The position numbers and the translations under genes were made by a program. A stretch of 64,000 nucleotides of DNA. Source: Pseudomonadota bacterium. GTDB lineage: Bacteria > Pseudomonadota > Gammaproteobacteria > Pseudomonadales > JADFDG01. The notes beneath the pieces were generated by a model that searched no databases, was not told where the DNA came from, and saw only the letters and a list, made by a program, of their open reading frames with translations. Location: NCBI GenBank assembly GCA_049324495.1, contig JBMOOP010000027.1:30623-94622 (forward strand), given 5' to 3'. Below, piece after piece: positions 16,655-25,628 of the stretch. Position 1 is the first letter of the stretch. Each line of letters starts with the position of its first letter.

Positions 16655-17383
16655 TCAGGGCGTGCGAGCGACGGCCCAGGCATCGACGCGGACGACGCCG
16701 GCGGCGCGCAGCGTCGCGGCCAGCGCAAGGACGGTGCTGCCGGAGGTGATGACGTCATCGACGAGGGCGACATGGGCGGGTAGCGCGCTGGTCGCGTCGT
16801 CACAAAGGCGGAAGGCTGCGCGCAGATTGCGCCGCCGCGCGCCCAGGCCAAGCCCTGATTGCGCTGCCGTATTGCGCTGGCGGGTGACGCAGCCCGCCAG
16901 CACCGGCAACCCCAGCGCCCGCCCGGTTACGAGCGCGATGCGCTCGGCTTGATTGAAGCCGCGTTGCCGGCGGCGTTGCGGATGCAAAGGCACCGGGATC
17001 AGCGCGGCGGGCAGGTGATCGCAGGCATAGGCGGCCCGCACCCGGTCGCTGAGCAGACAACCGAAAACCCGCGCCAGCGGCAATTGCCCGCCGAATTTCA
17101 GGCGCTGGACAAGCCGATCCACCGGAAAGTCATAGCGGCAGGCCGCCACCGCCCGGCCGACCGGCGGTGGCCGGCGCCGGCAGTGTGGGCAGATGGTGAT
17201 ATGGCCGCTGGTGCCGGGCGCGGGATGCCCGGCCGTCAGCGGCAGGGCGCAGCGCTCACAGGCCGGCGCGATCACCGGCAGATCCTCGCGGCAGCCGGCG
17301 CACAGCGGTATGCCGGATCCCGTGCTGAGGCCGCAGACTGCGCAAGCAGGCTGCAATAGATCAATAATTGACCAGATGTTCAC
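16655..17383 (-). CDS. comF: ComF family protein (PRTase-like, N-terminal zinc finger)
   Basis: CAVCG...CAGC and CERC...CPHC pairs, and PRTase motif [16 protein letters not shown] at 17383 gives 242 aa. The longer ORF start would run into the bioB start region. Confidence 0.8.
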   Translation of the reverse strand: MNIWSIIDLLQPACAVCGLSTGSGIPLCAGCREDLPVIAPACERCALPLTAGHPAPGTSGHITICPHCRRRPPPVGRAVAACRYDFPVDRLVQRLKFGGQLPLARVFGCLLSDRVRAAYACDHLPAALIPVPLHPQRRRQRGFNQAERIALVTGRALGLPVLAGCVTRQRNTAAQSGLGLGARRRNLRAAFRLCDDATSALPAHVALVDDVITSGSTVLALAATLRAAGVVRVDAWAVARTP

Positions 17384-17477
17384 TGATACGCCTCGATGGG
17401 TTGACCGCCGGGTCTGGCGGCCTACCATGGACCGTCCTTTCAACCGACGACGGCCTGCCGGCCGCGAGGTCCCGATC

Positions 17478-18587
17478 ATGACCATCTCCCCCGACTCCCT
17501 GAAGCCGACCGTTGCCCGTCCGTCTGTAGGCGATGGCCTGCGTCACGACTGGTCGCGCGGCGAGATCGAGGCGTTGTTCAAGCAGCCGTTCAATGACCTG
17601 CTGTTCCGTGCGCAGAGCATCCATCGCCAACATTTCGATGCCAACGCCGTGCAGGTGTCGACGCTGCTGTCGATCAAGACCGGCGCCTGCCCGGAAGACT
17701 GCAAGTACTGTTCGCAATCGGGCCACCACAGCACCGGCCTTGAGAAAGAAAAACTGCTGGAGATCGAAAAGGTCGTCAGCGAAGCGCAAGCCGCGAAGGA
17801 CGGTGGGTCTTCGCGTTTCTGCATGGGCGCTGCCTGGCGTTCGCCGCGCGACAAGGACATGCCCTATGTGCTCGAAATGGTGCGGCGGGTGAAGGCGCTG
17901 GGCCTGGAAACCTGCATGACGCTCGGTATGCTCTCGCGCGCGCAATCGCAGGCGCTTGCCGAAGCCGGCCTCGATTACTACAACCACAATCTCGATACTT
18001 CGCCGGAGTACTACAACCAGATCATCACCACGCGCACGTATCAGGATCGTCTCGATACGCTGGATCATGTACGTGCGGCCGGCATGAAAGTGTGCGCCGG
18101 CGGCATCATCGGCATGGGCGAGACACGCAATGATCGCGTCGGCTTGCTGCAGGCGCTCGCCAATTTGCCGGAACACCCGGATTCGGTGCCGATCAACATG
18201 CTGGTAAAAATTGCCGGCACGCCGCTCGAAAATGTCGCTGATCTCGATCATTTCGAGTTCGTGCGTACCATTGCGGTGGCGCGCATCATGATGCCGAAAT
18301 CGTTCGTGCGTCTTTCAGCAGGCCGCGAGGCCATGGACGACAGCACTCAGGCGCTGTGCTTTTTTGCCGGTGCCAATTCCATTTTTTACGGCAACAAGTT
18401 GCTCACCACGTCGAACCCGGAAATGAGTGACGATCAAAAGCTGTTCGATCGCCTGGGTATTCGCCCGCTCGGTCACGAAACGGCAGTCAGCGACGAGGCG
18501 CAAGCGGCCATGCTGGGCCTGCAGGTTGCGGCGGCACACAACCTGCAGGCGGGCCTGTATTACGACGCCATGAAGCCGACGCGATGA
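17478..18587 (+). CDS. bioB: biotin synthase
   Basis: Radical-SAM [11 protein letters not shown] and the YNHNLDTS motif. The MTISPDSL start is preceded by GAGG. Confidence 0.93.
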   Translation: MTISPDSLKPTVARPSVGDGLRHDWSRGEIEALFKQPFNDLLFRAQSIHRQHFDANAVQVSTLLSIKTGACPEDCKYCSQSGHHSTGLEKEKLLEIEKVVSEAQAAKDGGSSRFCMGAAWRSPRDKDMPYVLEMVRRVKALGLETCMTLGMLSRAQSQALAEAGLDYYNHNLDTSPEYYNQIITTRTYQDRLDTLDHVRAAGMKVCAGGIIGMGETRNDRVGLLQALANLPEHPDSVPINMLVKIAGTPLENVADLDHFEFVRTIAVARIMMPKSFVRLSAGREAMDDSTQALCFFAGANSIFYGNKLLTTSNPEMSDDQKLFDRLGIRPLGHETAVSDEAQAAMLGLQVAAAHNLQAGLYYDAMKPTR

Positions 18588-18593
18588 AACCCG

Positions 18594-19832
18594 TTGGCAG
18601 CGGTTGTGGCTGAATTTGGCGGAGCTGCTGCGGGAGCGTTCGCGCAAAGTCTGGCAACAGCACTTGCTGCGCGCCGCTCGCAGCAGCTGTATCGCGAGCG
18701 GCTGACCGTCGAGACCCCGCCGGGTGCTGAGGTGCACATTGATGGTCGTCGTTACCTGAATTTCTGCAGTAACGATTACCTCGGTCTTGCGAACCACCCT
18801 GCTGTTGTTGCGGCACTGCGCCGTGGCGTGGACGAATTCGGTGCTGGCAGCGGCGCTTCGCATCTGGTCACCGGCCACAGTCGCGCACATCAGGCGCTGG
18901 AAGAGGCGCTGGCCGATTTTACCGGCCGGCCGCGAGCGCTGCTTTTTTCCACAGGCTGGATGGCCAACACCGGTACGATTGCCGCGCTGCTCGGTGCCGG
19001 CGATGTCGTGCTCGAAGATCGTCTCAATCATGCGTCGCTGATTGATGGCGGGCTTGCCTGCGGCGCACGCTTTCAGCGCTATCGGCACGCCGATGCCGGG
19101 CATTGCGATGCGCTGCTGGCCAGGCGCTGGTCGGGGAAAAGTGCAGCAAGCCGGCAACTGATCGTCACCGACGGCGTGTTCAGCATGGATGGGGATGTGG
19201 CGCCGCTGCGAGAGCTGGCGGCGGCAGCGCGCCGGCACGCTGCGTGGCTGATGGTCGATGATGCACACGGTTTCGGGGTGTTGGGCGACGCAGGTCGCGG
19301 TTGCGTCGATGCCGCCGGACTCGGTGTTGCTGACGTGCCGGTACTGGTCGGTACCTTCGGCAAGGCTTTTGGTACCTTTGGCGCATTTGTGGCCGGCAGC
19401 GAGTTGCTTGTTGAGACGTTGATCCAGCACGCGCGCAGTTATATCTACACCACGGCGTTGCCGGCGGCGATTGCCGTTGCCACGCTCGCCAGCCTTGAAA
19501 TATTGCGGCGCGACGATTGGCGGCGGGAAAAACTCGCGGCTCATATTGCACGGTTTCGCGCGGGCGCTGTGCAGTCGGGTTATACGCTGATGCCCTCAAC
19601 CACGCCAATCCAGCCGATCCTGGTGGGCACCAGCGAAAGTGCACTGGCGCTCAGTGCCGCGTTGCGCGCGGCCGGGCTGCTGGTTGCCGCGATCCGGCCG
19701 CCAACGGTAGCGGCGGGTGCCGCCCGCTTGCGCGTCACTTTCAGTGCCGCACATGACGATACGCAGGTTGATCGATTGCTGGCTGCACTGGGTGAATTGG
19801 CGCCGCGCTTCGCTGTACCGGCGCAAGACTGA
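18594..19832 (+). CDS. bioF: 8-amino-7-oxononanoate synthase
   Basis: [21 protein letters not shown], and the PLP-lysine context [11 protein letters not shown] start. Confidence 0.9.
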   Translation: MAAVVAEFGGAAAGAFAQSLATALAARRSQQLYRERLTVETPPGAEVHIDGRRYLNFCSNDYLGLANHPAVVAALRRGVDEFGAGSGASHLVTGHSRAHQALEEALADFTGRPRALLFSTGWMANTGTIAALLGAGDVVLEDRLNHASLIDGGLACGARFQRYRHADAGHCDALLARRWSGKSAASRQLIVTDGVFSMDGDVAPLRELAAAARRHAAWLMVDDAHGFGVLGDAGRGCVDAAGLGVADVPVLVGTFGKAFGTFGAFVAGSELLVETLIQHARSYIYTTALPAAIAVATLASLEILRRDDWRREKLAAHIARFRAGAVQSGYTLMPSTTPIQPILVGTSESALALSAALRAAGLLVAAIRPPTVAAGAARLRVTFSAAHDDTQVDRLLAALGELAPRFAVPAQD

Positions 19833-19862
19833 TCGTGGTCAGAATTTTTTTGTGGAGTACGT

Positions 19863-20645
19863 ATGACATCTTTCGACAAGTCGCTGATTGCCACCCGCTT
19901 TTCCCGTGCCGCGAACAGCTATGACACGGTGGCTGATGTGCAACTTGCCATCGGCGGCTGGCTGCTGCAATCGATCCAGCATCAGCAGGATGTCACCAGT
20001 GCACTCGACATCGGTTGTGGCAGCGGTGCGCTCACGGCCCAACTTGCCGAGCGCCTGCCGATAGCACAGGTCGATGCGATCGACATTGCCGAGGGCATGC
20101 TCGATCTGGCAGCAGAAATACATGCGCACCCGCAGGTGAGTTACTACGTGGGCGATGCCGAGGAGATTCCCTTCGAAGAGAAGGTGTTCGATCTCGTCTT
20201 CAGCAATTTTGTTCTGCAATGGTGCCCAAACCCGGTACAGGCACTGACTGAAATGCGGCGCGTGCTGTGTCGCGGCGGGCAGTTGGTGCTGTCGTTGCCC
20301 GGCGAGGGTACGCTCGCAGAACTTGCTGCCGCCTGGCGCGCCGCTGATGATGCACCGCATGTACACGCCTTTGTTAGTGAGGATGAATTTGCCGATCAGG
20401 TAGCTGCTGCCGGCTTTGCCCATGCCGATATCATCCAGCGCACCTTGCGTGTACATGTGCCGGATACGCTGACGCTGATGCGCGCCCTGAAATCGCTCGG
20501 TGCCCGCAACCTGCATCCGGGGCGCGCTGCGCATCTCACCGGCAGGTCGGCGTTGCAAAAAGTGATTGCTGCCTACGAGGCGCGGCGCGAGCCGGCGGGT
20601 TTGCCGGTTACCTGGAAAGTGCTGATGCTGGTGGCGAGGCGATGA
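19863..20645 (+). CDS. bioC: malonyl-ACP O-methyltransferase
   Basis: RFSRAANSYDTVADVQ and SAM motif LDIGCGSG. Positioned between bioF and bioD. Confidence 0.88.
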   Translation: MTSFDKSLIATRFSRAANSYDTVADVQLAIGGWLLQSIQHQQDVTSALDIGCGSGALTAQLAERLPIAQVDAIDIAEGMLDLAAEIHAHPQVSYYVGDAEEIPFEEKVFDLVFSNFVLQWCPNPVQALTEMRRVLCRGGQLVLSLPGEGTLAELAAAWRAADDAPHVHAFVSEDEFADQVAAAGFAHADIIQRTLRVHVPDTLTLMRALKSLGARNLHPGRAAHLTGRSALQKVIAAYEARREPAGLPVTWKVLMLVARR

Positions 20646-21325
20646 GGCGGCGGCAATTTTTTGTTGCCGGGACCGATACCGGCGTTGGCAAGACATACGT
20701 CGCGGCGCTGCTGTTGCGCGCGTTTGCCGCGCAGGGGAAAACCACGTTGGGGTTGAAGCCCGTGGCTGCCGGTTGCACGCTGACGGCCGGGGGCCTGCGC
20801 AATGACGATGCGCTGGCACTGATGGCGGCAGCGACAGTGAAACTGCCTTACGCACAGGTGAACCCGGTGGCGCTTGTCGCGCCGGTGGCACCGCATATTG
20901 CGGCGGCGCAGGAAAGCCGGCGGTTGCGTGTGGCGCAGCTCGCAGGCCTGGTGCGCGGTGCAACCCTGCAGGGGCGCGCCGATGTCACCCTGGTGGAAGG
21001 CGCCGGTGGCTGGCGGGTGCCATTGAACGAGGGCGAGACGCTGGCCGATCTCGCGCGCGAGTTGCAACTGCCGGTGATTCTGGTGGTCGGCCTGCGGCTC
21101 GGCTGCATCAACCACGCGTTGCTGACAGCAGAAGCGATCCGGCGTGACGGTCTCGTGCTGGCCGGCTGGGTCGCCAATACAATCGATCCGGCAATGACCG
21201 CACGGCAGGAAAATATCGCGACGTTGCGCGCGTTGCTGCCAGCACCGTGCATCGGTGTGCTGTCATTTCGGCGTGTCGGGGATGTCGTACCTGACGAGCT
21301 CGATCCGGCCCTGCTTGCCGACTGA
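20642..21325 (+). CDS. bioD: dethiobiotin synthase
   Basis: FFVAGTDTGVGKTYV P-loop and LVEGAGGW. 4-nt overlap with bioC. Confidence 0.9.
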   Translation: MRRRQFFVAGTDTGVGKTYVAALLLRAFAAQGKTTLGLKPVAAGCTLTAGGLRNDDALALMAAATVKLPYAQVNPVALVAPVAPHIAAAQESRRLRVAQLAGLVRGATLQGRADVTLVEGAGGWRVPLNEGETLADLARELQLPVILVVGLRLGCINHALLTAEAIRRDGLVLAGWVANTIDPAMTARQENIATLRALLPAPCIGVLSFRRVGDVVPDELDPALLAD

Positions 21326-21334
21326 AAAAGACAC

Positions 21335-21520
21335 TCACTCGCCTTTGGGCTTTCCGAACAGTTTGCCGAGCAGAGATGTTTTTGGTTCGCTGTTCGTGAC
21401 TGCTTTGGTTGCGGCGCTGGTTTTGCCGCTGAACGCGCCGGCGACCAGCCCGGGTGTGCGCTTGAGTAACAGGGCCGGGTTGCGGGGGTATGTTTTTGGC
21501 AGCCACCTGCCGATCAGCAT
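21335..21520 (-). CDS. possible small basic protein (hypothetical)
   Basis: 61-aa ORF in the gap between bioD and the AI-2E gene, with moderately GC-rich third positions. No recognisable family and no clear RBS. Confidence 0.25.
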   Translation of the reverse strand: MLIGRWLPKTYPRNPALLLKRTPGLVAGAFSGKTSAATKAVTNSEPKTSLLGKLFGKPKGE

Positions 21521-21554
21521 GCGAGCTGTTTGACCGAGGTGAAGGTGGCGGTGT

Positions 21555-22637
21555 CTACCCGGAAGGGGGTAGCGGCTGAGGCGTTTCCTCCCCGCTCGCT
21601 ATCCAGGCGCCGAGCAGGCGATAACCCACCGCCAGCAGCACCGGGCCGACGAACAGCCCGACGATGCCGAAGGCGAGCAGGCCGCCGATCACGCCGGCGA
21701 GGATCAGGAGCAGCGGCAGTTCGGCGCCGCGGCGGATGAGCCAGGGCCGCAGAATGTTGTCGAGCAGGGCGACGACAGCAGTCCAGATGGTGAGAAAAAT
21801 TCCCCAGCCAGTTTGGTCGGACCAGAACAGCCACAGCACCGCCGGCAGCAGGATCGGCAACACACCGATCTGGGCAATGCACAGCAGCAGTGTCACGGCG
21901 GTGAGCAGCCCGGCGAAGGGAATCCCGACGATGGCCAGCCCGATGCCGGCGAGCAGCGACTGCACGATCGCCGTTACCACGACACCGAGCGCCACAGCGC
22001 GCACCGCCTGCGCCGCGAGCACGACGGCGTTGTCACCGCGTTCGCCGGCGAGGCGATGGGCAAAGCGCCGCACGCCGGCGGCCAGACTCTCGCCGGTCAT
22101 GAACAGGACGGCGCAAAGCGCGATCGTCAACAGGAACTGCACTACCAACAGTGAGATGCTGCCGGCCTTGTTTGCCAGCCAGCCGGCAGCGCCGCTGGCG
22201 TAGGGCGCTAACCTGGTCTGCAGATCGGCCGGCGTCAGCGCCGCGATGCGCGCCCACTCGTCGGCGAGGCGCTCGCTCGCCGGCAATTGGTGCAGCCAGT
22301 CCGGCGGCGGCAGGCTCGCGTAATAGGCGATGCGCGCGGAAATCATCGACAGATCATCTACATGATTGACGATGGTGATAATGGCAGCCGTCAGTGGCGC
22401 AACGAGTAGCAGCGACAGGAACAGCGTGAGGGCGGCCGCAGCCAGCGCGCGGCGCCCCCCCAGTTTTTGCTGCAACTTTTCCAGCAGCGGCCAGGTGGCG
22501 ACGACGATTGCAGACGCCCATATCATCGCCAGCAGGAATGGAGCCAGTACGACGAGGCAGCCGGCGAGCAGCGCGACGATCGTCAGCACGGCAAAGGTGG
22601 TGCGGGTGAGGTCAGCGCGTGGCGGCGGCAGGATCAT
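21555..22637 (-). CDS. AI-2E family transporter (PerM/YdiK-like permease)
   Basis: 360 aa, about 8 hydrophobic helices, with the typical LLPFLLAMIWA.. / ..LRPWLI.. pattern. Confidence 0.85.
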   Translation of the reverse strand: MILPPPRADLTRTTFAVLTIVALLAGCLVVLAPFLLAMIWASAIVVATWPLLEKLQQKLGGRRALAAAALTLFLSLLLVAPLTAAIITIVNHVDDLSMISARIAYYASLPPPDWLHQLPASERLADEWARIAALTPADLQTRLAPYASGAAGWLANKAGSISLLVVQFLLTIALCAVLFMTGESLAAGVRRFAHRLAGERGDNAVVLAAQAVRAVALGVVVTAIVQSLLAGIGLAIVGIPFAGLLTAVTLLLCIAQIGVLPILLPAVLWLFWSDQTGWGIFLTIWTAVVALLDNILRPWLIRRGAELPLLLILAGVIGGLLAFGIVGLFVGPVLLAVGYRLLGAWIASGEETPQPLPPSG

Positions 22638-22715
22638 GGCGTGCGTCCAGGTGTCGTCGGGTGTCGTACTACGTAGCGCGCACCGTAGCAGAAATGCACG
22701 CTATTCCGGCAGGGG

Positions 22716-23627
22716 TCACTGCGGCGGGAAAAGAACCGGCAAGTCAATTTCAAGAACCGTGAAGGGCAATGCTGCAGGAGGCGGCGGCAGCGGTGAGTTG
22801 GCAGTGACGGCAACCAGCGCGGTGCGATCGAGCAGGGGTTCGCCGCTGGAACCGGAAACACGCGCGGCCAGCACGTTGCCGCTGCGATCGAGCGTGAACG
22901 TGACGATAGAACGGCCCTCAAGCCCGCGGGCGCCGACGTCCGGCGGCGTGTGTACCTTGCCGCGCAGGTAGTCAGCCAGCACGCGCGCGTATTCGCTGCG
23001 CATTGCGTCAACAGTTGTGGTGTCGAGGCGTGTTGTGTCGATCGGCGTCGCGTCGAGGCCGGTGATGGCAGAGGTCACTGCTACCTGTGCTGGTTGGGTC
23101 GGTGCCGTTGGTGCAGCGGCGGTTGCCGGCGTGTGCGGCGCCATGGCGGGTACTGTCGGCAGCGATGCCGCTGCCGGGGCGGCTGTGGCGCCACGGTCAT
23201 CCAGCAACGCAATTTCCGTGACATGCACGCCGGCGCGGGTCTGCGTCGCGTGCTCAAACCAGATCAGCGTACCGATCAGCACGGCATGCGCCACGAGCGA
23301 AAGGATGAGCGCCGCCGGCAGGCCGGAAGATGCAACACCCGGTGCCGGCGTTTGTTGCGGGCCTGATTCAAGCAGCGGTACCGGGTCGTAGCCACCCTCA
23401 CCCCAGGGGTGACAGCGACAAAGCCGATGCGCGGTAAGGTACGAACCCTTGATTGCGCCATGTACCTGCAGTGCCTCAATGGCGTATTGCGAGCAGGTGG
23501 GCGTGAAGCGGCAGTGCTGGCCGACCAGCGGGCTGAGAAACAGTCGGTACAGTTTCACCAAACCGATCAGCGGCAACGCCAGCAGGTGCGGCAGCGTGCG
23601 CGCGAGATGTTTCGGCACCGCCGGCAT
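22716..23627 (-). CDS. YidD (membrane protein insertion efficiency factor) domain fused in frame to a TonB-like protein (TM helix, Pro/Ala linker, TonB C-terminal domain)
   Basis: N-terminal [62 protein letters not shown] matches YidD. It is followed by [22 protein letters not shown] (TonB-type SxxxH helix), an A/P/T-rich linker, and [62 protein letters not shown] (TonB_C pattern). There is no in-frame stop and no plausible internal start. Confidence 0.75.
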   Translation of the reverse strand: MPAVPKHLARTLPHLLALPLIGLVKLYRLFLSPLVGQHCRFTPTCSQYAIEALQVHGAIKGSYLTAHRLCRCHPWGEGGYDPVPLLESGPQQTPAPGVASSGLPAALILSLVAHAVLIGTLIWFEHATQTRAGVHVTEIALLDDRGATAAPAAASLPTVPAMAPHTPATAAAPTAPTQPAQVAVTSAITGLDATPIDTTRLDTTTVDAMRSEYARVLADYLRGKVHTPPDVGARGLEGRSIVTFTLDRSGNVLAARVSGSSGEPLLDRTALVAVTANSPLPPPPAALPFTVLEIDLPVLFPPQ

Positions 23628-23632
23628 GTCGT

Positions 23633-25039
23633 TCAGCCACGCGACCAGCGCGTACCTTCGCGCGAATCTTCGAGCACCACGCCCTGCGCCAGCAGTTCAT
23701 GGCGGATCGCATCGGCACGGGCAAAATCCTTTATTTTTTTTGCGGCGTTGCGCTCGGCGATGCGCGCCTCGATCACGGTGACGTCGAGTTCGCTTGCAGC
23801 ATTGTGGGCAGTCGAAACCTGCTGGAACCAGGCTTCGGGATCCTGCCAAAGCAGGCCGAGCAGTTGTGCGGCACCAAGCAACCGTGCTTTCGCATCACGC
23901 TTGTCGGCGTCACTCGCCGCGCGGTCGTTGACGCGCGACGCGAGGCGATGCATTTCGCTGATCGCCAGCGGGGTGTTGAGATCGTCGAGCAGGGCGTCGA
24001 GGAACGCGGTGCGGCGCATGTCGGCTGGCTCGGCAGCGAGATGTTGCGTATTGCGCAGCGCACCATAGAGCGTGTCGAGTGCGGCGCGCGCCTGGTTCAG
24101 CAGATCCTCGCTCCAGTTAAGCGGTGAGCGGTAGTGTGCGCAGAGCAGCGCGAAGCGCAAAATCTCACCGTTGAAGTGGCCGAGCAAATCACGCACGGTG
24201 CGCACGTTGCCCAGCGACTTTGACATCTTCTCGCCGTCCATGTTGATGAAGCCGTTGTGCATCCAGTAGTGCACATAGGGCTTGCCGTGCGCGCAAGTGC
24301 CCTGGGCAATCTCGTTTTCGTGGTGCGGGAACACGAGGTCGGAACCGCCGCCGTGAATGTCGATGGTCTTGCCGAGATGTTTCTCGATCATTGCCGAACA
24401 TTCGAGGTGCCAGCCGGGGCGGCCCGTGCCCCAGGGGCTGGGCCAGCCCGGCTCGCCGGCTTGTGCCGGTTTCCACAGCACGAAATCACCGGGATATTGC
24501 TTGTACGGTGCGACTTCCACGCGCGCACCGGCCAGCATGTCGTCGAGCGAGCGTTTCGACAGCCGGCCGTAATCCGGCATCGACTGCACGTTGAAGAGGG
24601 CGTGGCCCTGCGCGACATAGGCATGGCCGCGGGCAATCAGTGTTTCGGTCATGCGGATCATTTCGGCGATGTGGTGCGTGGCGCGCGGTTCGATGGTCGG
24701 CGGCAGGGTGTTCAGGTGCGCCATGTCGCGGTGGAACTCGGCGGTAAAGCGCTCGGTGAGCGTCTCGATCGGCTCGCCGAGCGCGGCGGCGGCCTTGTTG
24801 ATCTTGTCGTCGACGTCGGTAATGTTGCGCGCATAAACAACGTGCTCGGCGCCGTAGATTTCGCGCAGCACGCGGAACAGGGTATCGAACACCACGACCG
24901 GCCGGGCGTTGCCGATGTGGACCAGGTTATAGACCGTCGGACCGCACACGTACATCGTTACGCGGCGCGCATCCTGCGGGATGAAGTTTTCCTTCTCGGC
25001 CTTGAGGGTGTTGTAGACGTGCAGCGGATGGGTGGTCAT
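23633..25039 (-). CDS. cysS: cysteine--tRNA ligase
   Basis: HIGH motif (VHIGNARP), KMSKS ([10 protein letters not shown]), CGPTVY. 468 aa. Confidence 0.95.
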   Translation of the reverse strand: MTTHPLHVYNTLKAEKENFIPQDARRVTMYVCGPTVYNLVHIGNARPVVVFDTLFRVLREIYGAEHVVYARNITDVDDKINKAAAALGEPIETLTERFTAEFHRDMAHLNTLPPTIEPRATHHIAEMIRMTETLIARGHAYVAQGHALFNVQSMPDYGRLSKRSLDDMLAGARVEVAPYKQYPGDFVLWKPAQAGEPGWPSPWGTGRPGWHLECSAMIEKHLGKTIDIHGGGSDLVFPHHENEIAQGTCAHGKPYVHYWMHNGFINMDGEKMSKSLGNVRTVRDLLGHFNGEILRFALLCAHYRSPLNWSEDLLNQARAALDTLYGALRNTQHLAAEPADMRRTAFLDALLDDLNTPLAISEMHRLASRVNDRAASDADKRDAKARLLGAAQLLGLLWQDPEAWFQQVSTAHNAASELDVTVIEARIAERNAAKKIKDFARADAIRHELLAQGVVLEDSREGTRWSRG

Positions 25040-25076
25040 CGGTTTGCTTTTTGCCTGGATGCCGGTCGCCGGAGAG

Positions 25077-25520
25077 TCACTTGCCGGGGTTCTTTTTGCC
25101 GTAAAGATTGGCAGGATTGATCAGTGGATCGCTGTCGATCGTCATGCTGTCGCCATCAATCCGGTTGTAGAAACAGTGGCGGCGGCCGGTATGGCAGGCC
25201 GGCCCTTGCTGATCAACCTGGAGCAACAGCGTATCGCCGTCACAGTCGATGGCCATCGATACCAGCCGCTGGGTCTGTCCGGAAGTTTCGCCCTTGCGCC
25301 ACAGGCCCCGACGGGAGCGCGACCAGTAGCAAACGCGGCCGGTAGCCAGCGTTTCGTCAAGCGAGGCGCGGTTCATCCAGGCCAGCATCAGCACCTCGCC
25401 GGTGTTGTATTGCTGGGCGATGGCAGGTACCAGTCCCTCGGCATTGAAGCGCAGGGCTGCGAGCACCTCAGCGAGCACCACGGTGGTGCCGGCCGGGCAG
25501 GATTCGAGATGCCTGAACAT
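25077..25520 (-). CDS. hisI: phosphoribosyl-AMP cyclohydrolase (monofunctional)
   Basis: [30 protein letters not shown]...[18 protein letters not shown]...DCDGDTLLL...GPACHTG. Confidence 0.88.
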   Translation of the reverse strand: MFRHLESCPAGTTVVLAEVLAALRFNAEGLVPAIAQQYNTGEVLMLAWMNRASLDETLATGRVCYWSRSRRGLWRKGETSGQTQRLVSMAIDCDGDTLLLQVDQQGPACHTGRRHCFYNRIDGDSMTIDSDPLINPANLYGKKNPGK

Positions 25521-25628
25521 GGGTCGCCCCCCGAAAAGGCGCCATTCTACACGGTGTCACCTGTCACCTTCTCCGGACTATGATTGGCCGGATTGCAATT
25601 GCCCACCACGTATTCAAGGAAACGGATC

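Noticed and set aside
17384-17477. GGTTGA ... TCAACC inverted repeat in the comF/bioB intergenic region, considered as a BirA (bioO) operator.
   Set aside because: The half-sites are only 6 bp, are separated by about 38 bp, and do not resemble the TGTAAACC/GGTTTACA bioO consensus I recall. The evidence is too weak to call.
23734-23741. T8 run that looks like a terminator tail.
   Set aside because: It lies inside cysS, where it encodes AAKKIKDF on the minus strand, and has no preceding hairpin. It is useful only as an in-frame homopolymer control for the frameshift argument.
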